Origin: an uncultured Thermotogae bacterium
GTDB taxonomy: Bacteria; Thermotogota; Thermotogae; MWEM01
NCBI GenBank assembly: GCA_963667315.1
Contig: OY763325.1
Span: forward strand, 1,755,271 to 1,819,270
Direction of reading: 5' to 3'
Length of the DNA: 64,000 bases
Shown here: positions 19,956 to 29,302 of the stretch, one piece after another
How the letters are laid out: each line of letters begins with the position of its first letter
Position numbering within the stretch: the stretch's first letter is position 1
Translations under genes and position numbers: made by a program
The notes under the pieces: model-generated
What the model was told of the DNA's origin: nothing
The model's database searches: none
The model's input: only the letters and a program-made list of their open reading frames with translations

Positions 19956-20831
19956 TTATTGATTCTGCTTCGGATCCAGATAATCACGAATACCGTCTCC
20001 AAAGGTATTAAAGGCAAGGACGGTGAATACGATGGCAATTCCGGCGAAAATGACTTCATAGGGGGCAACACTGATGAAGTTCTTTCCGTTGGAAAGCATA
20101 CCGCCCCACGATGGGGTCGGTGGCTGTATACCCAGTCCAAGGAAGCTCAAACCCGCTTCTGTCAGAATGGCATCGCCTATTCCCATGGTGGCGTAGATAA
20201 TGATGGGTCCCATGATATTCGGTAAAATATGTTTAATGATCACCCTTAAATCGCTCATCCCCTGCGCCCTTGCCGATTCGATATATTCCTTTTCCTTTAC
20301 CGAAAGAACGGAGCCTCTGACAATTCTGGCAAAATGGGGGGTGTACACAATCCCGATTGCCAGTATAATATTGGACAGACTTGAACCAAAAGCCGTCATC
20401 AACGCTATCGCCAAGAGCAAAGACGGAAAGGAGAAAAACACGTCCATGATCCTCATGATGATATTATCCACAACTTCTCCGTAATACCCCGCAATCATCC
20501 CAAGGGTTGCACCGATAAGCAGTGAAACGAGCTGTGAAACAAGCCCGACAGTCAGCGATACTCTGGTTCCGAGTATGATACGGCTCAGGATATCACGGCC
20601 AAAATCATCACACCCCAGCAGATGGTCTTGAGACGGTTTTGCCAGTCTGGCGTTGAAATCCATTGAAAACAACCCTTCCGGTGCCAGTAAAGGTGCAAAA
20701 ACGGCTACAAAGATGACGAACAACACGAGAATGAATCCAACAACCAGTCGTTTGTTGTGAATCGCCCGGTAAAAATTTCTCGTTTGATAGAATTTTTTCT
20801 TTGTGTTTACGGCTCTTTCTTCAATCATCAC
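19956..20831 (-). CDS. dppC: Dipeptide/oligopeptide ABC permease (DppC/OppC)
   Basis: HLLGCDDFGRDILSR, EYIESARAQG, EAGLSFLGLG. Confidence 0.9.
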   Translation of the reverse strand: MMIEERAVNTKKKFYQTRNFYRAIHNKRLVVGFILVLFVIFVAVFAPLLAPEGLFSMDFNARLAKPSQDHLLGCDDFGRDILSRIILGTRVSLTVGLVSQLVSLLIGATLGMIAGYYGEVVDNIIMRIMDVFFSFPSLLLAIALMTAFGSSLSNIILAIGIVYTPHFARIVRGSVLSVKEKEYIESARAQGMSDLRVIIKHILPNIMGPIIIYATMGIGDAILTEAGLSFLGLGIQPPTPSWGGMLSNGKNFISVAPYEVIFAGIAIVFTVLAFNTFGDGIRDYLDPKQNQ

Positions 20832-20838
20832 AACACCC

Positions 20839-21822
20839 CTACTGGAATTTTATTCTCGGATCAAGCACACCATACAGCAGATCAACGGCAAGATTTGTTA
20901 CGGCAAAGAACATCGCCGCCATCAGTATGATGCCCTGAAACAAGGGATAATCCCTTGCAAATATCGCTTCAACGAGTTGCCTCCCGAGACCCGGCCAGGC
21001 AAATACTGTTTCGGTCAGTACAGCGCCTCCCATCAGAGAACCTATCTGCATCCCGATAACAGTCACTACCGGTATCATCGCATTCTTTCGTGCATGCTTG
21101 TTGATCACCAGGTTTTCTTTGACCCCTTTTGCGCGTGCCGTTTCGATATAATTTTCATCCAGGACTTCAAGCATACTGGAACGTGTCATTCTTGCGATCA
21201 TAGCGGCAAACATACTGCCTAAAGCAAGAGAGGGCATGATAATATGTGAGAATGCCCGCCAGAGAACGGAAAAATCTCCCGTTTTAAACAGTTCAGCGAA
21301 CGAAGCAAAGATGCCAATCGCTCTTCCGGATGCGGGAAGCCAGTTAAGATGGACGGAAAAGATCAGGATGAAAATAAGGCCTATCCAGAATACCGGCATC
21401 GAAACCCCGAAGAGGGCTATCGACATGGAGGTATAATCAAAGATGGTATCTTTTTTTCTCGCCGCCAGTATTCCAACGGGAATCCCTATCAAAACAGCCC
21501 ACACAACACTCATCAGCGCCAGTTCAAACGTCGCCATGAAGTTCGATTTTATGATGGAGATAACGGGCTGAAATTGCGTGATGGAGGTTCCCAAATCACC
21601 TTTTATAACATTGATGAAATAAATGCCGAACTGTACGACGATCGGTTCGTTCAACCCGAGTTTTTCTCTCATATTCTGTACCATTTCTTCTGTTGCCCTT
21701 TCTCCAAGCATGACCCTTGCCGAGTCACCCGGTATCATTCTCCCGACGGTGAAGACAAGGAGCATAACACCAAAGAGCACGAGCAGCAGTAAAAATAATC
21801 TTCTGACCAGATATCTGAACAT
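20839..21822 (-). CDS. dppB: Dipeptide/oligopeptide ABC permease (DppB/OppB)
   Basis: PGD, GDLGTS, ARMTRSSMLEVL..YIETARAKG, ETVFAWPGLG; start moved to the SD-supported ATG. Confidence 0.9.
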   Translation of the reverse strand: MFRYLVRRLFLLLLVLFGVMLLVFTVGRMIPGDSARVMLGERATEEMVQNMREKLGLNEPIVVQFGIYFINVIKGDLGTSITQFQPVISIIKSNFMATFELALMSVVWAVLIGIPVGILAARKKDTIFDYTSMSIALFGVSMPVFWIGLIFILIFSVHLNWLPASGRAIGIFASFAELFKTGDFSVLWRAFSHIIMPSLALGSMFAAMIARMTRSSMLEVLDENYIETARAKGVKENLVINKHARKNAMIPVVTVIGMQIGSLMGGAVLTETVFAWPGLGRQLVEAIFARDYPLFQGIILMAAMFFAVTNLAVDLLYGVLDPRIKFQ

Positions 21823-21855
21823 AGATCCTCTCCCGAAAAAAATTTTGAGTAACAA

Positions 21856-21890
21856 GCCCCCTCAGGCTCAACACCTGAGGGGAAAAGGGC
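21856..21890 (-). other. Intercistronic hairpin after the binding-protein gene (mRNA stabiliser or attenuator)
   Basis: CCCCTCAGG-CTCAACA-CCTGAGGGG stem. Confidence 0.6.
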
Positions 21891-21910
21891 TTAGTACTGG
21901 AACCTGAATG

Positions 21911-23449
21911 CTACTTTTCTTCCACCCATACATTACTGTCCGGTGTACAGAGGAATGTATATTCAATAGCGTTTGCTTCAAACCCATGGACTCTTTTGTT
22001 AAATGCTGTTGTTGCAATCTTGTGGAAAAGCGGAATATGAACATAATTGCTGAACCATATCTCCTGAACTTTCTGATACAATTTCGTTCTTTCAGCAATA
22101 TTTGAACTCTTTCTGGCATCTTCAAGCGCTTTGTCAACTTCTTCACTGTAGAATCTTGTTCCGTTGTAACTGCTCCCATTTGTCTTCCACGCTTCAACCT
22201 GTGAATGATGGATATCGTAGATCAGACCATCCGGATCGGTCAGCCAGTTCCATCCCATCGTATACATGCTCGTCTTACCGGCATCGATCAACGGAAGGTA
22301 AGAGGCCCATTCCAGTGATTCAACCTTCGCTCTGACACCGATAGCCTGAAGCTGAATCTGCATGAGTTCAGCTATCTTTCGTCTGTATGTATCCTGTGGT
22401 GTGTAAATGGTGATTTCAAATCCGTTTGAAAGTCCCGCTTCACTGAGCATCTTCATGGCTTCACCCGGATTGTAATCGAGTGCATACTGCTCTACGTCAG
22501 GATTGTATGCCCAGGATGACGGGGAAAGTGAACTCACGGCTCTGACACCGGCCTGTCCGAGAACTGTTTTGATGATGGCGTTCATATCAACACCCATGTA
22601 GATGGCCTTTCTGACTTCTATGTTGTTGACCGGTTCGTTCTCAACGTTGAAAGCGAGATAATAATAATTGAGCGCCGGTGTAACATCCAATACGAGTTTG
22701 CTATTGTCTCTGATCCTGTCAAAATCATCCGGTAAAACCTTCACGAGCATATCAACATCTCCCGCTTCAAGGTTAACAAGTGCCACAGATGGTTCAGGAA
22801 TTGGTTTCATGATGACCTTTTTCAGATTTGGATACTTCATCCAGTATTCTTCATTTCTGTTCAAAACGAGCTGATTGTTCTTTTCCCATTTTTCAAAAAC
22901 GAAAGGTCCCGTTCCTACCGGATTCAGACCGTAAGCGATTGGATCGGCCTGTCTGAGTGCCTTGTTAACGATGGGCTGTGTGTAGACTCTTTCCAAAAAT
23001 GCGGCAAAAGGATACTGAAGGGTAAACTTCACCGTCTTGTCGTCAACTTTTTCGATTGATTCGATAACCTTGAGATTTTCATAATTCGGTGAACTCGTTT
23101 CGGGATCCATAACGGCTTCAAACGTGTAGATGACATCTTCAATTGTGAGTGGCGCACCATTGTGGAATTTAATTCCGTCTTTGATGGTGAAATACCAGAC
23201 CTTTGAATCATCCGTCTTAAATTCCGCAAGACTGGGAACGATTTCGAGATCTTTTGTAACCGATACGAGTGAATCGTAAATCTGTGTGTACATCTGGAAA
23301 GACGCGTTATCAGCGACCACTACGGGATCAAGTGATCTGGCATCTTTTTCTACGGCAATTGTGAGGACTCCATCTTTGAATACTTCTTCGGAAAAACCGA
23401 ATGAACCAAACAACAATACGGCTAATAAAACCAAAACAACTTTCTTCAT
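21911..23449 (-). CDS. ABC transporter substrate-binding protein, family 5 (peptide)
   Basis: Signal peptide; SLDP, IYDSLV, KFHNGAPLT.EDV, PVGTGPF. Confidence 0.92.
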   Translation of the reverse strand: MKKVVLVLLAVLLFGSFGFSEEVFKDGVLTIAVEKDARSLDPVVVADNASFQMYTQIYDSLVSVTKDLEIVPSLAEFKTDDSKVWYFTIKDGIKFHNGAPLTIEDVIYTFEAVMDPETSSPNYENLKVIESIEKVDDKTVKFTLQYPFAAFLERVYTQPIVNKALRQADPIAYGLNPVGTGPFVFEKWEKNNQLVLNRNEEYWMKYPNLKKVIMKPIPEPSVALVNLEAGDVDMLVKVLPDDFDRIRDNSKLVLDVTPALNYYYLAFNVENEPVNNIEVRKAIYMGVDMNAIIKTVLGQAGVRAVSSLSPSSWAYNPDVEQYALDYNPGEAMKMLSEAGLSNGFEITIYTPQDTYRRKIAELMQIQLQAIGVRAKVESLEWASYLPLIDAGKTSMYTMGWNWLTDPDGLIYDIHHSQVEAWKTNGSSYNGTRFYSEEVDKALEDARKSSNIAERTKLYQKVQEIWFSNYVHIPLFHKIATTAFNKRVHGFEANAIEYTFLCTPDSNVWVEEK

Positions 23450-23477
23450 ACAGATTGCCTCCTTAAAAAACTAAAAA

Positions 23478-24326
23478 TTAATGAAAGTCGGAAAATCGAC
23501 CACCGAGCATTGCGATCGTCAATATCATTTGAAATACATCTTTATAATTGTGACTACAGTATCTGAGCGTTCTCCCCTCTGTTCTTTCAAGACCCGGAAC
23601 CACACTGAGTGCATCCGCTATGACCGTATTCAGAACATCTACTTCCAGGACAGTTTTTTCTTCCGGCCGCTTGATATCGAACGGTTTTTTGTTTTCAAAT
23701 TTCCCGATAAGCGCTTTCGTTCGTTCTCTGTATATCGCTTCAACCGTCTCGGGATGATACATCTTCGCGGAATATCGTCCAATCCCCTCTTTCGTCCGGA
23801 CAAAGATCATCCCATCGGAATAATATTCGGACATCTCTTTTTCAAGAATATCGTCTCCGGAAATCATGACCACCGGAATATCGTACAAACCGGCATACAT
23901 GGCGTTAATCTCCGTTTCGCCAACAAGTTTACCGTTAATCCTGATATTATAGATACACGAAGCTGAATAGGAATGATCCATTCCACCGCCAAATGCGCCG
24001 ATTCTCGCATGATACCCCAGCAGCAGCACGGCATCATAGGTTTCATCAAGTCCCTGCATCATATAAAATGGTCTCGGATATCCCCTGATGTAAGTCACCC
24101 GCGGATCCGGAAGCTTCCCATAAGGAATATTCTCCCCCCTCGCATGGGAATCACAGATCGTTATCTCCTCTATCGTTTCATCAAAACCATGATATTTCGT
24201 TATTTCATCAAGAATCCATCCAATCTCTGAATTCAACCAGTTGTTGTAACTGCCATCACGATTCATCTCACTCCATGAGGCAACGCCAATAACCCCTTCC
24301 ATATCCGTCGAAATAAATAATTTCAT
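23478..24326 (-). CDS. M55 family D-aminopeptidase (Bacillus DppA-like)
   Basis: ISTDMEG (DxE), DSHA, MMQG, GYHA, HSYS, GE, SGDD. Confidence 0.9.
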   Translation of the reverse strand: MKLFISTDMEGVIGVASWSEMNRDGSYNNWLNSEIGWILDEITKYHGFDETIEEITICDSHARGENIPYGKLPDPRVTYIRGYPRPFYMMQGLDETYDAVLLLGYHARIGAFGGGMDHSYSASCIYNIRINGKLVGETEINAMYAGLYDIPVVMISGDDILEKEMSEYYSDGMIFVRTKEGIGRYSAKMYHPETVEAIYRERTKALIGKFENKKPFDIKRPEEKTVLEVDVLNTVIADALSVVPGLERTEGRTLRYCSHNYKDVFQMILTIAMLGGRFSDFH

Positions 24327-24327
24327 A

Positions 24328-25185
24328 CTATTCCCCCTCTTTTCTCATAGACCTGGCTTCAAGCTCTTTTTCGTATATTTCTGTCAGATGATTCTCCATA
24401 TTTTTCTTATCCGTCAGAATCAGCATATGCATCAGCGTCTGCGTGATAATCGTCGGTTGAACAAGTGAATTGGTCAATAACATGGAATCATTTTTACAGA
24501 TAAATGAGGAGATACACCCGCCATACAACAGGCAGGATTTGGAATCCGTAAAAAGGATCTGTTTTGCCCGCTTTTTCTTTGCCTCTTTGTAGATAAAGAC
24601 AGATTCACTCGAATAAGGCGGAAAGGAATAATGGATCATACAACTCGTCTCCGATACCTTTGTCATCAGATAGACAAAATCATCCAATGACCCGTTTAAT
24701 AGCGTTACCTGCTTTGTCAGTATATTTGTCAGGCTGAATACCAGCGACATGGCAAGATGTTTACTCAATCCGAAACCAGAAACAAAGATGTTTTTTGCAT
24801 CAGCCACCGCCTCAAGAAAATTGGAAACATCCTTCTTGTCAACCGTCCTGAGTGTTGCCCTGATATTTTTAAGATCGGCTGTTGAAAAGAAATTAAACTG
24901 TTTTTCTTCAGTCATATCATCAAGTCTGGTATTTTTAATCTTTTCATAAGGATTCAATCTTTCACGAATATCCTCCTGTATCGCCTTTTTTAAATCGTAA
25001 AACCCCGTATACCCCAGTATCCTGGAAAATCTGACAAGAGATGCCCGACTGATTCCGAGACGTGTTGAAATCGTCTCAACAGTCGAAAGGCCGAATTCCT
25101 GCGGGTTATCTATCAGATATTTTGCAATTTTCCTGTTAACCGGTGTCATTTCCGGTATCAATTTGACAACATCATCAATCAGCAT
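24328..25185 (-). CDS. RpiR/MurR family regulator (HTH + SIS), copy 1
   Basis: KIAKYL..ISRASLVRFSRILGY.GF; SIS domain GFGLS, SFPPYS, TDS. Confidence 0.9.
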   Translation of the reverse strand: MLIDDVVKLIPEMTPVNRKIAKYLIDNPQEFGLSTVETISTRLGISRASLVRFSRILGYTGFYDLKKAIQEDIRERLNPYEKIKNTRLDDMTEEKQFNFFSTADLKNIRATLRTVDKKDVSNFLEAVADAKNIFVSGFGLSKHLAMSLVFSLTNILTKQVTLLNGSLDDFVYLMTKVSETSCMIHYSFPPYSSESVFIYKEAKKKRAKQILFTDSKSCLLYGGCISSFICKNDSMLLTNSLVQPTIITQTLMHMLILTDKKNMENHLTEIYEKELEARSMRKEGE

Positions 25186-25200
25186 ATGTTATCACTCCCA

Positions 25201-26172
25201 TCAATAAAGAAAACATGATACATAATGCCCGGGAGAAACCTCCCTTAATTCCGGTTTTTCAGCGGAACAACGCTTTGAAGCATTTTTACACCGTGACTCA
25301 AAAGCACAGCCTTTCGGGTAGTCCATGGCGGAAGGTATCTCCCCCGTTAACTTAATCCGATTCGTTTTTTGTGCGTTAATCCGGGGAATCGACTGAAGCA
25401 AAATCTGTGTATAAGGATGAAGAGGATGCTCATAGAGCTCATTGGCATCGGTAAGTTCTACGATCCTGCCAAGATACATAACGGCTATCCTGTCACTGAT
25501 AAACTTCACCACACCAAGATCATGCGAGATAAAGACATAAGATAATCCGAAATCATCCTGCAGATCACAAAGAAGATTCAGAATCTGAGACTGAATCGAA
25601 ACATCCAAAGCCGAAACGGCTTCATCCGCAACAACAAGCTCCGGCTGAGTCGCCAGAACCCTCGCAATCATGATGCGCTGTCGCTGCCCACCTGAAAATT
25701 CACTGGGATATCTGTCGGCATAATTGGGTTGAAAGCCAACTTTTTCAAGAAGATTTCTGATACTTTCCCGACGGTCATTCTTACCGTTAGTGAGATGATG
25801 AACAATCAGCGGTTCCCCGACGATTCCTCCAACCGTCATCCTCGGATTCAATGACGCGTATGGATCCTGAAAGATCATCTGCATCTTTTTTCTTAACCCT
25901 TTCATCTCTCGCGGTTTTTTCCCGGATATCTCTTCATCCTTGAAAAAGAGATGACCGCTTGTCGGCTCAATCAATTTCAGCATGGTTCTGCCCAGCGTTG
26001 ATTTTCCGCAACCCGATTCACCAACCAGACCGAGGGTTTCTCCCTGCCTTACTTCAAGCGAAACCCCATCAACGGCATGAATCCATCTTTGATTTTTGAA
26101 GAAACTCCCCTTCCCCACAGGAAATTTCTTTTCAAGTTTCTCTATTCGAAATATATTCATATCCATCACCAT
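25201..26172 (-). CDS. dppF: Peptide ABC ATP-binding protein (DppF/OppF)
   Basis: [25 protein letters not shown], oligo-HPY domain; start approximate (overlaps the upstream TGA). Confidence 0.9.
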   Translation of the reverse strand: MVMDMNIFRIEKLEKKFPVGKGSFFKNQRWIHAVDGVSLEVRQGETLGLVGESGCGKSTLGRTMLKLIEPTSGHLFFKDEEISGKKPREMKGLRKKMQMIFQDPYASLNPRMTVGGIVGEPLIVHHLTNGKNDRRESIRNLLEKVGFQPNYADRYPSEFSGGQRQRIMIARVLATQPELVVADEAVSALDVSIQSQILNLLCDLQDDFGLSYVFISHDLGVVKFISDRIAVMYLGRIVELTDANELYEHPLHPYTQILLQSIPRINAQKTNRIKLTGEIPSAMDYPKGCAFESRCKNASKRCSAEKPELREVSPGHYVSCFLY

Positions 26173-27149
26173 CACTGATAAAGCCAACAGGCTACCTGAG
26201 TATTTTTTTCAATCTTATTAAGTTCCGGCTCTTTCTCACGGCACACGTTCATCACTTTGGAACATCTGTCCGAAAAAGGGCATCCTTCGGGAATTTCATA
26301 CAGTTCAGGGACTTTACCGGATAGCGTATTCAACCGGGCTCCTTTTTGATGAGGGAGATCCAGACGCGGAATCGAATTGATCAATCCTTCTGAATAAGGG
26401 TGTCTCGGGTTACACAACAGATTGTTTACGGTATTTTCCTCAACAATCTTTCCGGCATACATCACATAAACTCTATCTGCAACTTCAGAGATCACACCAA
26501 GATCATGTGTTATGAGCAGAACGGACATATCGTAATTCTTTTTCGATTCATCTATCAGACTCAGTATCTGGGATTGTATGGTAACATCCAAAGCGGTTGT
26601 CGGCTCATCTGCAATCAGGAGCTTTGAATTACAGATCAGTGCCATCGCAATCATGACACGCTGCCTGAGTCCACCTGAAAGTTGATGTGGATAAACATCG
26701 TATCGTTTCCCGGCATCCGGTATGCCTACTGATTTAAAAACATCTATCACACGTTGTCTGACATCATATTTTGACATACTATGATGCGTCAACACAGCCT
26801 CCGAAACCTGCTTCCCGACTTTAAAGACCGGATTAAGCGATGTCATGGGTTCCTGGAAGATCATAGAAATCTCTCTTCCTCTTATCTTTCTCATTGCTTC
26901 GGTTGATAATTGATTCAACTTGATGCCTTCAAAGATGAACTCACCGTTCGGGATGATCGCCGGGGGCATCTTCAGAAGTCTCAGAATGGATCTGGCCGTG
27001 ATGCTCTTGCCGCAACCCGATTCACCAACCAGACCAACGGTTTCCTTCGGTCTGATATCAAGATTAATATTCCTGACCGCTTTTAATAACCCGAAATATG
27101 TGTTGAAGTGAATTGAAAGATTTTTGATCTCCAGTAGATTCTCAGACAT
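26172..27149 (-). CDS. dppD: Peptide ABC ATP-binding protein (DppD/OppD)
   Basis: [28 protein letters not shown]-terminal Cys cluster. Confidence 0.9.
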   Translation of the reverse strand: MSENLLEIKNLSIHFNTYFGLLKAVRNINLDIRPKETVGLVGESGCGKSITARSILRLLKMPPAIIPNGEFIFEGIKLNQLSTEAMRKIRGREISMIFQEPMTSLNPVFKVGKQVSEAVLTHHSMSKYDVRQRVIDVFKSVGIPDAGKRYDVYPHQLSGGLRQRVMIAMALICNSKLLIADEPTTALDVTIQSQILSLIDESKKNYDMSVLLITHDLGVISEVADRVYVMYAGKIVEENTVNNLLCNPRHPYSEGLINSIPRLDLPHQKGARLNTLSGKVPELYEIPEGCPFSDRCSKVMNVCREKEPELNKIEKNTQVACWLYQ

Positions 27150-27161
27150 ATACGACCCCTT

Positions 27162-27209
27162 TTGAAATATTTATTTCCTAAATATACCACATGAAACATA
27201 ATATTTCAA
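27162..27209 (-). promoter_or_regulatory. dpp operon promoter with two putative RpiR operators
   Basis: Minus strand TTGAAA-17nt-TATATT with TG extension; GAAA-N6/7-TTTC dyads either side of -10; 39/48 identical to 28249-28296. Confidence 0.7.
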
Positions 27210-27285
27210 CATGTGAATCGACAAAATAAATAAGATTTGGAATCATATTGTTTGTTATAATGTTAACTTTTCCTCTTAAAGATAG

Positions 27286-27331
27286 AAAAAGATATCCCGG
27301 GAACTCATAACAATTCCCGGGATATCTTTTT
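27286..27331 (-). terminator. Intrinsic terminator after RpiR copy 2
   Basis: AAAAAGATATCCCGGGAA-N10-TTCCCGGGATATCTTTTT. Confidence 0.88.
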
Positions 27332-27366
27332 ATTTATTGATATAAGTTTTACGATAAGGAACAAAA

Positions 27367-28227
27367 TCACTTCTCGCTTTCAGAAATCTTCTTTCGCGCT
27401 TCAACTTCGCTGTTAAAAATCTCTGTCAGATGATTTTCCATATTTTCCTTATCCGTGAGAACCAGCATGTGCATTAGCGTCTGTGTGATTAAAGTGGGTT
27501 GTACAAGAGAATTTGTCATCAACACAGAATCATTCTTACAGATAAATGAAGCGATACTGTCCGAGTACAGAGGACAGGATTTGGAATCGGTGAACAGAAT
27601 CTGTTTCGCCCCACGCTTCTTCGCCTCTTCGTAAACGAATACCGATTCGCTTGAATAAGCCGGAAAAGAATAATGAATGATACAGCTATTTTCAGAAATA
27701 TGGGTCATTAGATACACAAAATCATCCAGGGATCCGTTAAGAAGTGTAACGGATTTTGTCAGCAGATTATTTAAACTGAAAACCAAAGCCATGGCCAGAT
27801 GCTTACTGAGACCAAATCCTGAAACAAAGATATTATCCGATTCCTTGACGGCATTCAGAAAATTCAGGATATCCTCAGTTCTGATGGTATTTAAAGTCGA
27901 TTTGATATTCTTAAGTTCTATCGAGGTAAAAAAATCAAACTGATTGGCCTGTGTCATCTCATCCAGTTTCGTATTCTTTATCTTTTCATAAGGATTCAAC
28001 CTTTCCCTGATATCCTCCTGAATAGCCTTCTTCAAATCATAAAACCCTTTAAAATCCAGCAACCTCGAAAATCGGACCAGCGAAGCCCTGCTGATATCCA
28101 ACCGATCTGCAATCTCTTCAACAGTTGAGAGGCCAAATTCCTGCGGGTGGTCTATCAAATATTTTGCAATCTTCTTATTCACCGGTGTCATCTCCGGCAT
28201 CATTTTCACTACATTATCAATCAACAT
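27367..28227 (-). CDS. RpiR/MurR family regulator, copy 2 (close paralog of 24328-25185)
   Basis: Colinear, with long identical blocks such as DLKKAIQEDIRERLNPYEKIKNT and LLNGSLDDFVYLMT. Confidence 0.9.
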   Translation of the reverse strand: MLIDNVVKMMPEMTPVNKKIAKYLIDHPQEFGLSTVEEIADRLDISRASLVRFSRLLDFKGFYDLKKAIQEDIRERLNPYEKIKNTKLDEMTQANQFDFFTSIELKNIKSTLNTIRTEDILNFLNAVKESDNIFVSGFGLSKHLAMALVFSLNNLLTKSVTLLNGSLDDFVYLMTHISENSCIIHYSFPAYSSESVFVYEEAKKRGAKQILFTDSKSCPLYSDSIASFICKNDSVLMTNSLVQPTLITQTLMHMLVLTDKENMENHLTEIFNSEVEARKKISESEK

Positions 28228-28248
28228 AATTTTCTCCTAAACTCTATT

Positions 28249-28296
28249 TTGAAATATTTCTTTCTATAATATACCACAAGAAATAAAACAATTCAA
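28249..28296 (-). promoter_or_regulatory. Promoter/operator of RpiR copy 2
   Basis: Ungapped 39/48 match to 27162-27209. Confidence 0.7.
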
Positions 28297-28381
28297 GAGT
28301 AACCCATCTATTGAAGAGAAAATTACGGATAACAAATAAATCTCCCCATTAATAATCATCAGGGTATTTTAAGGTGTATAC

Positions 28382-29044
28382 TCAACGTAATACGGAAATA
28401 TCCTCATATAATGCAATAAAATCTCCCAGCACCCTGTCTTTATGATAATGGCCGAAATACCATTTTCTGAATGCCACACGCTCTCTGAAATTATTCAGAT
28501 AATTTTCCGAGCCATCCAGCGAACAATAACCGGACACCATGCCTTTTATCGCAGACGGTGCATCATGCGTCAGGATATAATCCACCCTGAAATCGACTTT
28601 TTCAAGATTTTTCATCGCAAGTTCGTATTCATCCCGATTGGGGATTTCCCGCTCCCAGTAAGTGTTGTTCTTCATCCGCATCGCCTTATCCGGTGATGAT
28701 GCCCCACCAAAGGCAAAGAAAGTCCTGTCTTCTATCGTGTAAATCCTGCCGCGCCGAAGATGGAAGATTTTATCCGACACCACCCCCACATCAGCTCCAA
28801 AGCCCTCCCTGCTTTCCAACGCATCCAGTCTGTCAAAATTCTCATGATTTCCGTCGATAAAAAGTACTGTCGGTCCAAGTGCTTCGAGTTTCATGATCAA
28901 ATTCCTTTCCATCTCATCCGGTTCCGGCTCCCAAAGCACGCCAAAATCCCCGGCGATGATGATGGTATCCCCTTCCATTCCGTTGATCTTCTCCAATTTG
29001 TCAAAATCTGCTGCACCATGCAGATCACCCGTTATAAATATCAT
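28382..29044 (-). CDS. Calcineurin-like metallophosphoesterase
   Basis: GDLHG, GDFG, GNHE, THD, FGHYH. Confidence 0.9.
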   Translation of the reverse strand: MIFITGDLHGAADFDKLEKINGMEGDTIIIAGDFGVLWEPEPDEMERNLIMKLEALGPTVLFIDGNHENFDRLDALESREGFGADVGVVSDKIFHLRRGRIYTIEDRTFFAFGGASSPDKAMRMKNNTYWEREIPNRDEYELAMKNLEKVDFRVDYILTHDAPSAIKGMVSGYCSLDGSENYLNNFRERVAFRKWYFGHYHKDRVLGDFIALYEDISVLR

Positions 29045-29252
29045 TTAATCACATCAACTCCTTATCTATCTCATCGCCTTTGTTACAGACGAAAAGTGAT
29101 CAAAGTATTATCCCCCTTCCAATCCGGCCCTCAATACTCTGCAAGCATCGAGTTCTCCAAACAACTGATTTTAAAACCCGCTGAAAAACTTCTGCGGGAT
29201 AAACCTCAGCCTTAAAAACCCGGTCATACACTTTCTCCGACCTCAGAAAAAC

Positions 29253-29286
29253 AAAAAGCCTTCAGGGGGAAACCTGAAGGCTTTTT
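29253..29286 (-). terminator. Intrinsic terminator
   Basis: AAAAAGCCTTCAGG-N6-CCTGAAGGCTTTTT. Confidence 0.85.
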
Positions 29287-29302
29287 CCTGCTCTGTTCGA
29301 TA

